A DNA stretch of 63,699 nt, the filler included, from Aduncisulcus paluster (Eukaryota): the NCBI GenBank assembly GCA_024181965.1. It is 22 parts of 22 records of this genome, joined end to end, with 100 filler letters (N's around TTAATTAATTAA, not from the genome) between each part and the next. Parts side by side here need not be neighbours in the genome. Positions count along the whole stretch, not along the records: positions 52,616 to 54,094 come from BQXS01005850.1; positions 54,195 to 55,415 come from BQXS01005858.1; positions 55,516 to 56,816 come from BQXS01005920.1; positions 56,917 to 58,137 come from BQXS01005922.1; positions 58,238 to 59,686 come from BQXS01005957.1; positions 59,787 to 61,139 come from BQXS01006029.1; positions 61,240 to 62,459 come from BQXS01006066.1; positions 62,560 to 63,699 come from BQXS01006068.1; 14 more parts are not named here. One strand, 5' to 3'. Numbering within the stretch: the first letter of the stretch is position 1; each line of letters starts with the position of its first letter. The notes beneath the pieces were generated by a model. That model saw only the letters and a list, made by a program, of their open reading frames with translations. It ran no database searches and had not been told where the DNA came from. Position numbers and translations under genes: made by a program. Positions 52,516 to 63,699 of this stretch are shown here, one piece after another.

Positions 52516-52615
52516 NNNNNNNNNNNNNNNNNNNNNNNNNNNNNNNNNNNNNNNNNNNNTTAATTAATTAANNNNNNNNNNNNNNNNNNNNNNNNNNNNN
52601 NNNNNNNNNNNNNNN

Positions 52616-52840
52616 TCGTTTAGCTCTTGCATCGATAAACTCTTGATGTTTTTGTATCTTGGCTTCTCGTGCTATTTTTGCTTTTTGAGCTGGTTGGATA
52701 TAGTTGACATAATAAAGCATAGATATACAAACAGTTACAATAGTTACAATCGCATAAAAATTACCAAGCACCGTACTTTGTTGTGGTTGGTGTTTGTATT
52801 TTTTTGACTGTAACTCTTGAATATGTTCGATTCTATCCAT
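52616..52840 (-). CDS. Small membrane-anchored hypothetical protein (3' partial)
   Basis: One TM helix; abuts the lon stop. Confidence 0.6.
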
Positions 52841-54094
52841 CTAAATTAACCCGTATTCTAAAACCTCTTCAACTTTATCAACTGCTATAATTTCAATATC
52901 TTCTTTTACTTCATCAGGGATATCTTTTAAATCTCTTTGATAGTTTTTCGTAGGAATAAGTACTCGTTTCATTTTTGCTTTATGTGCAGCTATAAGTTTT
53001 TCTTTGAGACCCCCAATAGGTAAAACTTTTCCTGTAAGAGTTACTTCTCCTGTCATTGCAAGTGTTGAATCGATTTTTCTATTTGATAAAATAGAAGCGA
53101 TAACTAAACTCATAGCAATACCAGCACTAGGACCNNNNNNNNNNNNNNNNNNNNNNNNNNNNNNNNNNNNNNNNNNNNNNNNNNNNNNNNNNNNNNNNNN
53201 NNNNNNNNNNNNNNNNNNNNCTTTAGGTGTAGCACCTTCAGGAATATGCATATGTATATCATGAGTTTTAAATGTGGCATTTTTTAGTTTTTTCTTATCG
53301 ATTAAACCTTTTACAACACTATGCGCAATCTTCGCACTCTCTTTCATCACATCACCCATATTTCCAGTCAGTGTCAATGCCCCTTTTCCTGCAAATTTTG
53401 CAGTTTCTATTTTGAGTACATCTCCACCAACACTTGTCCATGCTAAACCATTTACAACTCCTACGCTGTTGAGTTTATCAGCTGGTTCTATTTCAAATAC
53501 TGGATTGTCTAAGTATTCTTCTAAGTTTTTTGTGTTGATAGTTACTTTTGATAACTCTTTATCATACATAAACTCTTTTGCTGCTTTTCTATAAAGTTTT
53601 CCAAATACTCTTCGTAAGTTTCTAACACCAGCTTCTCGTGTAAACTTTTCTATGATAAGTTCAATAGTCGGTTTACTTAAATTTACTTCAGCTTTTTTCA
53701 AACCATGTTTTTTTAACTCTTGTGGAATTAAATAATTTTGTGCTATGTGAAATTTTTCATTTGGTGTGTAACTACTCATTTGAATAAATTCCATTCTATC
53801 TCTAAGTGGTGCTGGGATTCTTCCTGCATTATTTGCTGTAGCTATAAAAATACAGTCACTTAAATCGATGTCAAAATTTACATATAGGTCTCTAAAGGCA
53901 TGATTTTGTTCAGGATCTAAGATTTCAAGCATAACAGCACTCGGATCACCTCTATGGTTTGCGCCGAGTTTATCTATCTCATCTAGTACAATAACAGGAT
54001 TCATTTTTTTAGCTGTTGTTAGTCCATGTACAATTCGTCCAGGCATAGCACCTACATAAGTTCTTCTATGCCCTCTGAGTTCATTGACATCTTC
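52841..54094 (-). CDS. lon: Lon protease (5' partial, gapped)
   Basis: LRGHRRTYVGAMPG, LDEIDK, GPSAG, MTGE, PIGGLKEK. Confidence 0.97.
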   Translation of the reverse strand, partial: EDVNELRGHRRTYVGAMPGRIVHGLTTAKKMNPVIVLDEIDKLGANHRGDPSAVMLEILDPEQNHAFRDLYVNFDIDLSDCIFIATANNAGRIPAPLRDRMEFIQMSSYTPNEKFHIAQNYLIPQELKKHGLKKAEVNLSKPTIELIIEKFTREAGVRNLRRVFGKLYRKAAKEFMYDKELSKVTINTKNLEEYLDNPVFEIEPADKLNSVGVVNGLAWTSVGGDVLKIETAKFAGKGALTLTGNMGDVMKESAKIAHSVVKGLIDKKKLKNATFKTHDIHMHIPEGATPKXXXXXXXXXXXXXXXXXXXXXXXXXXXXXGPSAGIAMSLVIASILSNRKIDSTLAMTGEVTLTGKVLPIGGLKEKLIAAHKAKMKRVLIPTKNYQRDLKDIPDEVKEDIEIIAVDKVEEVLEYGLI

Positions 54095-54194
54095 NNNNNN
54101 NNNNNNNNNNNNNNNNNNNNNNNNNNNNNNNNNNNNNNTTAATTAATTAANNNNNNNNNNNNNNNNNNNNNNNNNNNNNNNNNNNNNNNNNNNN

Positions 54195-55265
54195 GGTTAC
54201 TACCGGTCAAGAACCGACCTCCAGCCGAAAGTAGTCGCGGCTTCCGGTCGAGGTACGACTGATCAGTGGTGACTAAGACGAAACTTTTGTGGCGATACCG
54301 TGTGCAGCCGGTAGGAGTTTCGTGCCGATCGAATATTTTCCTCAGACGTGATGAGTTTTGATTCGTGAGGTAGTGAACTGTGATTGTGGAGCCTTCGAGG
54401 GTTTTGTGTTCTCCTGTGGAGTTTTCCCTGAAGCTCAGTGGCGTACGACCGTGTTATATCGTGACTATGGACAGGTTTTACTTCTTTTACCGACCATACG
54501 TGGGTGTGGACATGTGGATATCACCGACGTGAGGCTGATATCTGAGTCCAAACCAGGTGAATCGTGAGGTTTTACTCCTTTGGTGATAAAGGTTTCCCTC
54601 ATGATAGTGAAAGTGCTCTTGTGAGTAAGTGTGGTGATCTTCTCATAAGGAACCGTGTAAGTGATACGTTAGGTTTTCCTTAGTAGTGAGATTGAGGTTT
54701 GCTAACGGGTGCCTGTGTGTTACTGGTCAGATTTTCCTCTGTGTACGAGTTTACTGACCAGGTGTTTGTGTAAACACGGGAGTTTTGTGTCCCAACAATG
54801 GGTTTTCCCTGTGTAGTGTTTGTGTAATGATTCTTAGAGTTTTATTCCCCTTTGTGTGATAGAGGTTTTCTCTGAGATAGTGAAATACCGTGGTGAATGA
54901 GATGTTTTCTCCCAGTGTGTCGGGTTTTCATGTCATTCGTGTGGCGACTTACAAGTGATAGTCGTGAACATTGGAAGTTTGGTCCCTGAATCCAGGTTTT
55001 TATTCCAATGGTGTGCCGTTTCCCCCGGGTTGTGGCCTGATGGAAACATAATATCTAGGTGTATGAAGAATCTAACCCATTTTGATCAGGATACAAAGTG
55101 ATAAATAACTATGTGTTGAGACTCCCTGTGTAGTGTAGTGTTTATTCGGTATGGCTGTGTATAATAGTGTATATTTTCTGATGGTTCGTGTGAGTGCTTG
55201 CAGGCAACCCCTCAGAAAGTAAGGGGTGAGTGTGGTGACCATCTTGTTTTCGTGAATCTCTAACA
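54195..55265 (+). mobile_element. Possible LTR or noncoding part of a retroelement
   Basis: No long ORF, G/T-skewed, degenerate internal repeats; ends ...CTCTAACA at an abrupt switch to very AT-rich DNA. Confidence 0.35.
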
Positions 55266-55515
55266 TATTATTATTTATTATTTTGTTTTATTAATATTAT
55301 TTCTATTTTATTATTATTTATATTCTTAATTTATTATATTTATTATGTTCCAACTTAGTCAATATTCTATTTTTAGATAATCTTGATTCTTCGTATAACT
55401 CAGTAAATTGTCTTCNNNNNNNNNNNNNNNNNNNNNNNNNNNNNNNNNNNNNNNNNNNNTTAATTAATTAANNNNNNNNNNNNNNNNNNNNNNNNNNNNN
55501 NNNNNNNNNNNNNNN

Positions 55516-56286
55516 CGCGGCGAGCTCGGCCACGGTGCCGGCGCCGGAACGCGAGATCACCAGCTGGCTCGAGGCCAGCCGTGCCGGCAGGTCGGCGAAG
55601 AACGGCGCCAGCTCGGCGTTGATCTTGAGCCGGTCGTAGACCGCGCGCACCCGCTCCATGTCCTCTTCACGCACCTGCTGGGTGACGATCAGGCGACTCC
55701 ACAGCGCGGGATCGAGCTGCTCGATCGCCGGCGGCACGATGTCGCTCATCACCCGCGCGCCCTGGCTGCCGCCGACCACGAGCAGGCGCAGCGGCCCGTT
55801 CACTTCGGGCGGTGTGTATTTCACCGCAGCCGCGGCAAGGATCGCCGGGCGCATCGGCGTGCCGACGGTGGTGGCCTTGCCGGCGAGGGCCGGATCGCGA
55901 TCGAGCACGCCGGGCAGCGAGGTCGCGATCGCGTTNNNNNNNNNNNNNNNNNNNNGCGGCCGAGCACCGCATTGGCATCATGGATGATCCCGGGAACGCC
56001 GAGCATCCGCGCCGCCACCAGCGGTGGCAAGGTGGGATAGCCGCCGAAGCCGACCACGGCCGCAGGCTTCAGCCGGCGCATCACATTGGCGGCGACCAGC
56101 GTGCCGTAGCCGAGCATCAGCACGGTTTGTGCGAGCGAGATCGGGTTGCGGCTGCGCACGGTCGCGCTCGGCACCAGCTCGATGCTCTCCTTGCCGAACA
56201 GGCCGGAATAGCGCAGCGCGCGGCCGTCGGTCGCGAGCCGGACCCGCAGGCCACGCCTGATCAGTTCCACGGCGAGCGCTTCGGCC
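55516..56286 (-). CDS. murG: MurG glycosyltransferase (partial, gapped)
   Basis: GFGGYP, GGSQGA, SRSGAGTVAE. Confidence 0.95.
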
Positions 56287-56499
56287 NNNNNNNNNNNNNN
56301 NNNNNNNNNNNNNNNNNNNNNNNNNNNNNNNNNNNNNNNNNNNNNNNNNNNNNNNNNNNNNNNNNNNNNNNNNNNNNNNNNNNNNNNNNNNNNNNNNNNN
56401 NNNNNNNNNNNNNNNNNNNNNNNNNNNNNNNNNNNNNNNNNNNNNNNNNNNNNNNNNNNNNNNNNNNNNNNNNNNNNNNNNNNNNNNNNNNNNNGTCAC

Positions 56500-56816
56500 C
56501 TACGCGTAGGCGCGCTGCGCGCTGGCGCCCTCCATCGATTCGATCTCGGTCCGCGGCCGCTGCCGGGTCAGCGCCAGCATCATGCCGACGCCGTAGGCGA
56601 GCGAGACGAACGACGAGCCACCATAGGAGATGAACGGCAGCGTCATGCCCTTGGCCGGGATCAGTTGCAGATTGACCGCCATGTTGATCGTCGCCTGCAC
56701 GCCGAACAGGATCGCAAGCCCAGAAGCGGCAAAGCGCGAGAACATGTCCTCGGTGGCATAGGCCCGCGTCAGCGTGCGGATCACGATGAAGCCGAACAGC
56801 GCGACCAGCATCAAAC
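56500..56816 (-). CDS. ftsW: FtsW C-terminus
   Basis: PAKGMTLPFISYGGSS; upstream of murG. Confidence 0.95.
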
Positions 56817-56916
56817 NNNNNNNNNNNNNNNNNNNNNNNNNNNNNNNNNNNNNNNNNNNNTTAATTAATTAANNNNNNNNNNNNNNNNNNNNNNNNNNNN
56901 NNNNNNNNNNNNNNNN

Positions 56917-57278
56917 GCACCTCTGTATTTTGGTAAAAGTGAAGCATGCAAATTAATACAAGGAGCAATACTTAATATCTCTTTTGGTAATATTTGACCA
57001 TAAGCAGCTACAATTATAATATCAGGTTCTAGATCAATTAAAGTACTTTGAATTGCATTTTCTTTAAGTGTGTTTGGTTGATAAATTGGTATAGATAATC
57101 CATTGTCCAAAGCAAACTTTTTTATATGAGGAGGTGTTAGTATCTGTTTTCTACCAACTGGTTTATCTGGCTGTGTAAAAAGTGCAACAATATTATAATT
57201 TTTTTCAAGTAATCTTTCAAAAATAATTGTCGCATAGTCTGGAGTACCCATAAATACAATTCTTTTTAGTTGAGTCAT
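56917..57278 (-). CDS. fmt: Methionyl-tRNA formyltransferase (3' partial)
   Basis: FMGTPDYA, TQPDKPVGR, NLHASLLPKYRG. Confidence 0.97.
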
Positions 57279-57989
57279 TTATTGTCCTTTCCTATAAATA
57301 ATGTTCCATTATTATGNNNNNNNNNNNNNNNNNNNNATTAAAAAATCTGCTGCTTTTAGTTTTGTTACAATTCCACCTGTTGCAAATTCACTATTTGCAC
57401 TATGTTTCTCTTTTAATTGATTATTATCAATAGTATGTACATATTTTTGTAATTTTGCATCATCAAAGTGATGTGGATTTTTATCATAAAAACCATCAAT
57501 ATCAGTAAGTATCACTAAAATATCTGCATTAAAATAGTGTGTGATGTATGCAGATAACTGATCATTATCACCAAATACTAACTCATCAGTTGCAGTTACA
57601 TCATTTTCATTGATAATAGGCACTATTTTATGTTTCATCATCACTTCCATAGCATCTTGGGCATGACTTAGTCGTTTTTTATCGTAAAAAATTGATGCTT
57701 CAAGTAAAATTTGAGAGCACAGTATATCGTATTTTGCAAATTCATCTCGATAAGTGTGTAAAAGTAATGGTTGCCCCAATGCTGCTAATGCTTGTTTATT
57801 TGAGACTATTTTTTTATCAAGTTTTAACAAAGAATATCCAGCAGCAACTGCACCAGAACTTACCAAAATAACTTCATATCTTTTTTGTAATAAAGAGATA
57901 AGTTCAACTAAATTATGTAATCGTTCTAATGCTATTGCTCCATTTTCTGTAAGAACAGCACTACCAACTTTTAATACTATTCTTCGCAT
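57275..57989 (-). CDS. proB: Glutamate 5-kinase, apparently PUA-less (gapped)
   Basis: KVGSAVL, SSGAVAAG, INEND, GDNDQLSA, TGGIVTK. Confidence 0.95.
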
Positions 57990-58137
57990 CGATCCCTACT
58001 AATCAAATCGTATAATGCATATTTCAATCCATTAATATTATCATGAGTTGCAGATGAGATAGGTAAAACAAAATATGGTAACTCTTCATTATACTTTGTA
58101 TATGTTAATTCTTGTAAAAAATATTTTTTATCTTTTT
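57977..58137 (-). CDS. obgE: GTPase ObgE C-terminus
   Basis: PYFVLPISSATH..LKYAL; obg-proB-fmt order. Confidence 0.7.
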
Positions 58138-58237
58138 NNNNNNNNNNNNNNNNNNNNNNNNNNNNNNNNNNNNNNNNNNNNTTAATTAATTAANNNNNNN
58201 NNNNNNNNNNNNNNNNNNNNNNNNNNNNNNNNNNNNN

Positions 58238-58358
58238 TTATTTCAAGTATGCGCGGAATCCGTTCATACACTTCTTCTTGACGCATACGGCGAATCGCTT
58301 TGTTTTTTGCTTTAATTTTGTCGTATTCCCGTTTGATTGCAGCGTGGTCTATGATCAA
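58238..58358 (-). CDS. DnaC/DnaI-like ATP-binding protein N-terminus
   Basis: REYDKIK..RQEEVYERIPRILEI; TTG start overlaps the DnaD-protein stop. Confidence 0.65.
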
Positions 58359-59686
58359 GATTCTTCGCTCCTTCTATCTGCTTTCCTTGCTGATTTGACA
58401 AGCTTTCCAAGACTTGATTTGTCCCTTTGAGCAAACTTGCCAAAGTTCCCCTTCTTCACCGGTCCTTTTGCGCTTGACGTTGCGGATGCCGGCTGTTTGA
58501 GCAAATGTCTGTTGTATTCTTCAATAGACTTTATTCCCAGCTGATGAGCTTCCTTTAAAACAGCTTCAGCTCCGGCCAGGGTCAATCTGGTTTTTCTCTT
58601 TTTCTGTTCAATGAGGATATGACGGATCATTTCCTTGCCATACCCATAGNNNNNNNNNNNNNNNNNNNNNNNNNNNNNNNNNNNNNNNNNNNNNNNNNNN
58701 NNNNNNNNNNNNNNNNNNNNNNNNNNNNNNNNNNNNNNNNNNNNNNNNNNNNNNNNNNNNNNNNNNNNNNNNNNNNNNNNNNNNNNNNNNNNNNNNNNNN
58801 NNNNNNNNNNNNNNNNNNNNNNNNNNNNNNNNNNNNNNNNNNNNNNNNNNNNNNNNNNNNNNNNNNNNNNNNNNNNNNNNNNNNNNTTTTTTGAGTTCTG
58901 AGCGCATAAGCTCCACTGGCACCCAAATGCCAGTTGCCTTCATAAGGCCATAATAGTACTCTCCGGCAGAGAGGTAGGTTTTGAATTCTTCTATGCTCCG
59001 AATATTCTTTCCGTCCAGTTCCTTAAAGTATTCATCCAGATTTATGGGTACAAGTTTTGACCTGGTGCTTCTTAGATACTCTGCAACTGTCTTTATGAAT
59101 ATTTCATCGTAGTCATAATCTTTTTTCCACTTCTCAATAAGCTTAGAAAGGGCATTTGCCGAACCCGACGCACCGATAACTCGCTCAAGCTCGTAGGCAA
59201 ATCTGTATTTTGCCGATCGCATTTCAATGTGATTTTCCGCTTCTTCAATTGTCTGGATGCCTGCGCCTTTCCAGCCTTCAAGCACTCTGTAGACATAGTT
59301 GAAGCTTCCCCTTCTATTTAATTTGCCCAGCTGCTGAGCATAATCAAAGCCAAATTTGACAAGCTCATAGCCAAGGCCAATGTCTTCGACAAATTCGTAC
59401 AGGTTTATAAGTTCTTTCAGCTGAAGTTCCCTTTGAACAAGACCTTCAACAAACTGACGCAGGCGTCTGTTTTCTTCATTGCGCTCGTACACATTCAAGC
59501 GTTCAGGGGAAACAGCCCGTGATGCAACAGCCTTCTTGACCTTGGCCTTGTCAGCCGTAACATAGTTGCTGTCCAAATATTTTTGTCTAATCGGAATAAA
59601 TGTTATATCAAACTCATGGGGATCGTCACCCGCTTCTGAAAGCTGGACCAAACCCAGGCGCTCCCAAAACTGCCAAGCACGAACAA
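58355..59686 (-). CDS. DnaD-domain replication protein (clostridial type; gapped, 5' partial)
   Basis: VRAWQFWERLGLV; SFNYVYRVLEGWKGAGIQTIEEA plus further degenerate DnaD repeats. Confidence 0.8.
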
Positions 59687-59786
59687 NNNNNNNNNNNNNN
59701 NNNNNNNNNNNNNNNNNNNNNNNNNNNNNNTTAATTAATTAANNNNNNNNNNNNNNNNNNNNNNNNNNNNNNNNNNNNNNNNNNNN

Positions 59787-61139
59787 CCTGGACAAGACCC
59801 GTTTCCGCAGCCACCCCGATCTGGATGTGCTCACCCACGGCCTGACGCTGTGGGATCTGGACCGCGAGTTCAAGGTCTCGGGGTTCAAGGGCCAGGAGTA
59901 CATGAAGCTGCGCGACGTGCTCTCGGTGCTGCGCGACGCGTATTGCCGGCACGCCGCAGTGGAATACACCCACATTCTGGAACCTGAGCAGCAGAAGTGG
60001 CTGCAGGAGCGCATCGAGGTCAAGCACGACAAGCCGACGGTCGCCGAGCAGAAGTACATCCTGTCCAAGCTCAATGCGGCCGAGGCCTTCGAGACCTTCC
60101 TGGCCACCAAATACGTTGGGCAGAAGAGATTCTCACTGGAGGGCGCCGAGGGCGTCATCCCCATGATGGACGCCGTCATCGACCAGAGTGCCGAGTACGG
60201 CCTCGACGAGGTCGTCATCGGCATGCCGCACCGCGGTCGCCTGAACGTGCTGGCCAACATCGTCGGCAAGCCGTACTCGCANNNNNNNNNNNNNNNNNNN
60301 NNNNNNNNNNNNNNNNNNNNNNNNNNNNNNNNNNNNNNNNNNNNNNNNNNNNNNNNNNNNNNNNNNNNNNNNNNNNNNNNNNNNNNNNNNNNNNNNNNNN
60401 NNNNNNNNNNNNNNNNNNNNNNNNNNNNNNNNNNNNNNNNNNNNNNNNGGCGCCTCGGGCACCTATATCCAGATGTTCGGCGAGAACGACATCGAGGTGT
60501 CGTTGACCGCCAACCCCTCGCACCTGGAGGCCGTCGACCCGGTGCTGGAAGGCCTGGTGCGTGCCAAGCAGGACGTCCTCGACAACGGCACCGACGGCGG
60601 CCGCTTCACCGTGGTGCCGCTGATGCTGCACGGTGACGCCGCATTCGCCGGCCAGGGCGTGGTGGCCGAGACCCTGAACCTCGCCAACCTCCCCGGCTAC
60701 CGCACCGGCGGCACCATCCACATCGTGGTCAACAACCAGATCGGTTTCACCACCGCACCGGAGCATTCACGCTCCAGCGAGTACTGCACCGACGTCGCGA
60801 AAATGATTGGCGCACCGATCTTCCACGTCAACGGGGACGACCCCGAGGCGTGCGTTTGGGTGTCACGCCTTGCCGTCGACTTCCGACAGAAGTTCAACAA
60901 GGACGTCGTCATCGACCTCATCTGCTACCGCCGGCGCGGCCACAACGAGGGTGACGACCCTTCGATGACCAACCCGCAGATGTACGAGGTGATCGACACC
61001 AAGCGCGGCGTGCGCAAGACCTACACCGAGTCCCTGATCGGCCGCGGCGATATCTCGATGAAGGAAGCCGAGGACGCCCTGCGCGATTACCAGGGCCAGC
61101 TCGAGCGGGTGTTCAACGAGGTCCGCGATCTGGAGAAAT
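59787..61139 (+). CDS. kgd: Multifunctional 2-oxoglutarate decarboxylase/dehydrogenase Kgd (internal fragment)
   Basis: [43 protein letters not shown]. Confidence 0.95.
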
Positions 61140-61362
61140 NNNNNNNNNNNNNNNNNNNNNNNNNNNNNNNNNNNNNNNNNNNNTTAATTAATTAANNNNN
61201 NNNNNNNNNNNNNNNNNNNNNNNNNNNNNNNNNNNNNNNTTTAACTATGCAAATAGTAGTATAAATCTGTGGAGTTTGTGTGGAGTTGTCTTTTGAGCCT
61301 ATAATAGCTAGCGTGTTTTATTATAAACTGAGTATAATCAAAAATATATAGAGGATAATATA

Positions 61363-61896
61363 ATGAAAATTTTTTTAATGGAAGATGATTTATTAGTAAA
61401 TGAAATTATTGAAGAACACCTAATAGAACAAGGGCATAGTATAAAAATTGCATTTAATGGAATTAAAGCTGAAGAGATCTTATATAATGAGGTATTTGAT
61501 TTATTATTATTAGATGTAAATGTTCCTAGTATAGATGGTTTTGAGCTGTTAAAAGAACTGAGAGAAAAAGAGATATTCACTCCAGCAATTTTCATTACTT
61601 NNNNNNNNNNNNNNNNNNNNNNNNNNNNNNNNNNNNNAAAGGATTTGAATCTGGTTGTGATGATTACCTAAAAAAACCCTTTGAATTAAAAGAGTTAGAT
61701 TTACGAATCAATAATATGAAAAGACTCTTTAAAATAGATAATGGTGATATTTTATCTATTTCAAGCAAAATTATTATTGATAAAAAGAATTTATCCGTAA
61801 AAGTGAATGATAAAGAGACACATATATCGTTAAAAGAATTAAATNNNNNNNNNNNNNNNNNNNNTAAGAGGAGTAGGTTATCGATTTAACAGCTAG
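61363..61896 (+). CDS. OmpR-family response regulator (gapped)
   Basis: EDD, LLDVNVP..DG, DDYLKKPF, C-terminal RGVGYRF. Confidence 0.92.
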
Positions 61897-62459
61897 CGAA
61901 AAAAGTATATTTTTTAAGTTTGTAGGTTTATATTTGGGTTCATCGTTTATTTTAATGATATTAGTCACTTTTTTTTATTATGAGAATGAAAAACGACTAT
62001 ATTCAGATTTAACAAAGTCAAATATGCAAAATATAGCTTCAGACATCTCATCTAAAATTATTCTTTCACATATGACAGACTCTTTTTTTGATAGATCAAA
62101 ATTATTAAATGACAAGCATTATAAACTTGCTTTTTATAATAAAAACAAAGAAAAAGTTTATGGAAATATAGATGAAAAAATAGATTTAAGTAAATCTTTA
62201 ATAATAAAAGATGAAAATTTTATACTAATTGATAATTCTACTTTAGGACATCTTGGAATTTACTATATAGCTATTGAAGAGCATCTTTTTTATAAACAGA
62301 TGAAAGATTTAAAATTTAATATTCTTATATTTTTTCTTTTAATCTATTCAATAGTAGCAATAATAGGAATCTATCTTGCAAAACTTTTTTTAAAACCTAT
62401 AAAAGAAGAAAGAATTAAACTGAATAATTTTATTAAAGATACAACACATGAATTAAATA
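61877..62459 (+). CDS. Sensor histidine kinase N-terminus (start unclear, 3' partial)
   Basis: Two TM helices; H-box FIKDTTHELN. Confidence 0.88.
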
Positions 62460-62559
62460 NNNNNNNNNNNNNNNNNNNNNNNNNNNNNNNNNNNNNNNNN
62501 NNNTTAATTAATTAANNNNNNNNNNNNNNNNNNNNNNNNNNNNNNNNNNNNNNNNNNNN

Positions 62560-63699
62560 TGAAGATATCCAGATCGACATGCGCCCAGGAGATCTCAATC
62601 CCGATGATGTTTCGCGGGTCGGTTGGCGAGCGGCGTGGCGGTCGATAGAACCGTCCACAACACCTCCTCCCCCCTCGGGCAGCCCGGCGCTACGTGAAGC
62701 ACTGTCCGTCTACCTGCGATCCTCCCGCGGACTACCGTGCGACCCGCGGCAAATTGTGGTGTGCGCTGGAACTGCCGAAGCCCTAACCCTGCTCACACTT
62801 GCCTTCAAGTGGCAAGGACGAGCGGTAGCCGTCGAAGACCCGGGCTACTCCGCAATACGACGGACCTTCCAGGCCCTGGGTGTGCAGTGGGTCCCGGTGG
62901 ATGTCACCGATCCCGACCAGCTTCTGATGAGACTTCAATCCACCCAAACATCAATCCAGGCGGCGTATCTGACACCAAGCCATCAGTATCCGCTGGGCCA
63001 CCGAATCGACCCCGACATGCGCGGCCATATCTTGCGTTGGGCGCGCGANNNNNNNNNNNNNNNNNNNNNNNNNNNNNNNNNNNNNNNNNNNNNNNNNNNN
63101 NNNNNNNNNNNNNNNNNNNNNNNNNNNNNNNNNNNNNNNNNNNNNNNNNGGTGGAGGATGACTACGACAGTGAGTTCCGGTTCGGGGTCTCCCCACTGCC
63201 CAGCCTGGCTGGCCTGGATACAGCCGCGAGCACGATCTATCTGGGAACGATGTCGAAAGTTCTGGACCCGGGCCTGCGGCTTAGCTATCTGCGCGTACCC
63301 ACGCATCTGCTGGAACCCGTCCTTCAAACTCGCGACATGTTGGGCGCAACCGTGGCCGCCCCGGTTCAACAAGCCGTCACACACCTGCTCACCAGCGGCG
63401 AGCTGGCTCGTCACATTGCCCGCGTCCGCAAGCTGTACCAAGACCGTCGCGCAACAATGTTGCAGTCGCTGGAGAAGGTCGCGGCCGTCACTCATGTCAC
63501 CGGCACCGAGGCCGGGTTACACGTCTTGGCATCGCTGCGCCAAGATGTTTCAGCTTCAGCGACCGTAGAACAGGCCCGCGCCCGCGGCATCTACATCACC
63601 GATCTCGACGACTACCGGGCCCATCCCGATCCGCGGAACCCCGGACTGGTTCTCGGCTACGGACAACTCAAACCGGCCGCGATCAGGCAGGCAGTGAGC
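62560..63699 (+). CDS. MocR/PdxR-family PLP-dependent regulator, aminotransferase domain (partial, gapped)
   Basis: VEDPGY, TPSHQYPLG, EDDYDSEFR, GTMSK..PGLRL, AGLH, LVLGYG. Confidence 0.9.

Noticed and set aside
54267-54282. tRNA-Trp primer-binding site (TGGTGAC after CA)
   Set aside because: Only 7 contiguous matching nt, it lies within the hairpin, and no gag follows; host tRNA unknown
54259-54284. Hammerhead ribozyme (CTGATCA...GAAAC)
   Set aside because: Core has C instead of G8, stem II forms only 2 bp, and no convincing stems I/III
58238-59686. Prophage replication module
   Set aside because: DnaD plus DnaC-like pair is a normal clostridial chromosomal arrangement; no phage genes visible

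Overview
This window is not one chromosome segment. It is 22 unrelated scaffolds concatenated with an artificial N-run/TTAATTAATTAA/N-run linker (21 copies, stops in all six frames), plus many internal N gaps, several flanked by duplicated sequence. About half (1-30310, 33307-34368, 37342-40555, probably 54195-55415) is from an intron-containing, flagellated microbial eukaryote using the standard code. It encodes a Pmp-like/EGF/FG-GAP surface protein, a BPI/LBP-like protein, XRN1, a cystatin, an ABCA transporter, CFAP61, cathepsin B and LTR-retroelement pieces; a fornicate/Carpediemonas-like protist is my guess, not a demonstrated identity. The rest are short bacterial fragments: mycobacterial (mtr, hemophore, glnX-glnH-pknG, trpS, kgd), AT-rich Campylobacterota-like (adk, hisZ-purA, wbpE/B/D-like, luxS, ccoG, lon, obgE-proB-fmt, two-component pair), Bradyrhizobiaceae-like (NYN-UDG-LanC-like, ftsW-murG), clostridial (DnaD-DnaC) and an actinobacterial MocR regulator. 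The best novelty candidate is a bacterial three-domain fusion, nucleoside hydrolase + DJ-1/PfpI + VOC/glyoxalase (43771-44964). Other leads are a pseudoknot-capable RNA hairpin at the start of an LTR-like contig (54195-54274) and a dense palindrome chain (3308-3628). All family calls come from motif recognition by eye; no database search was run.
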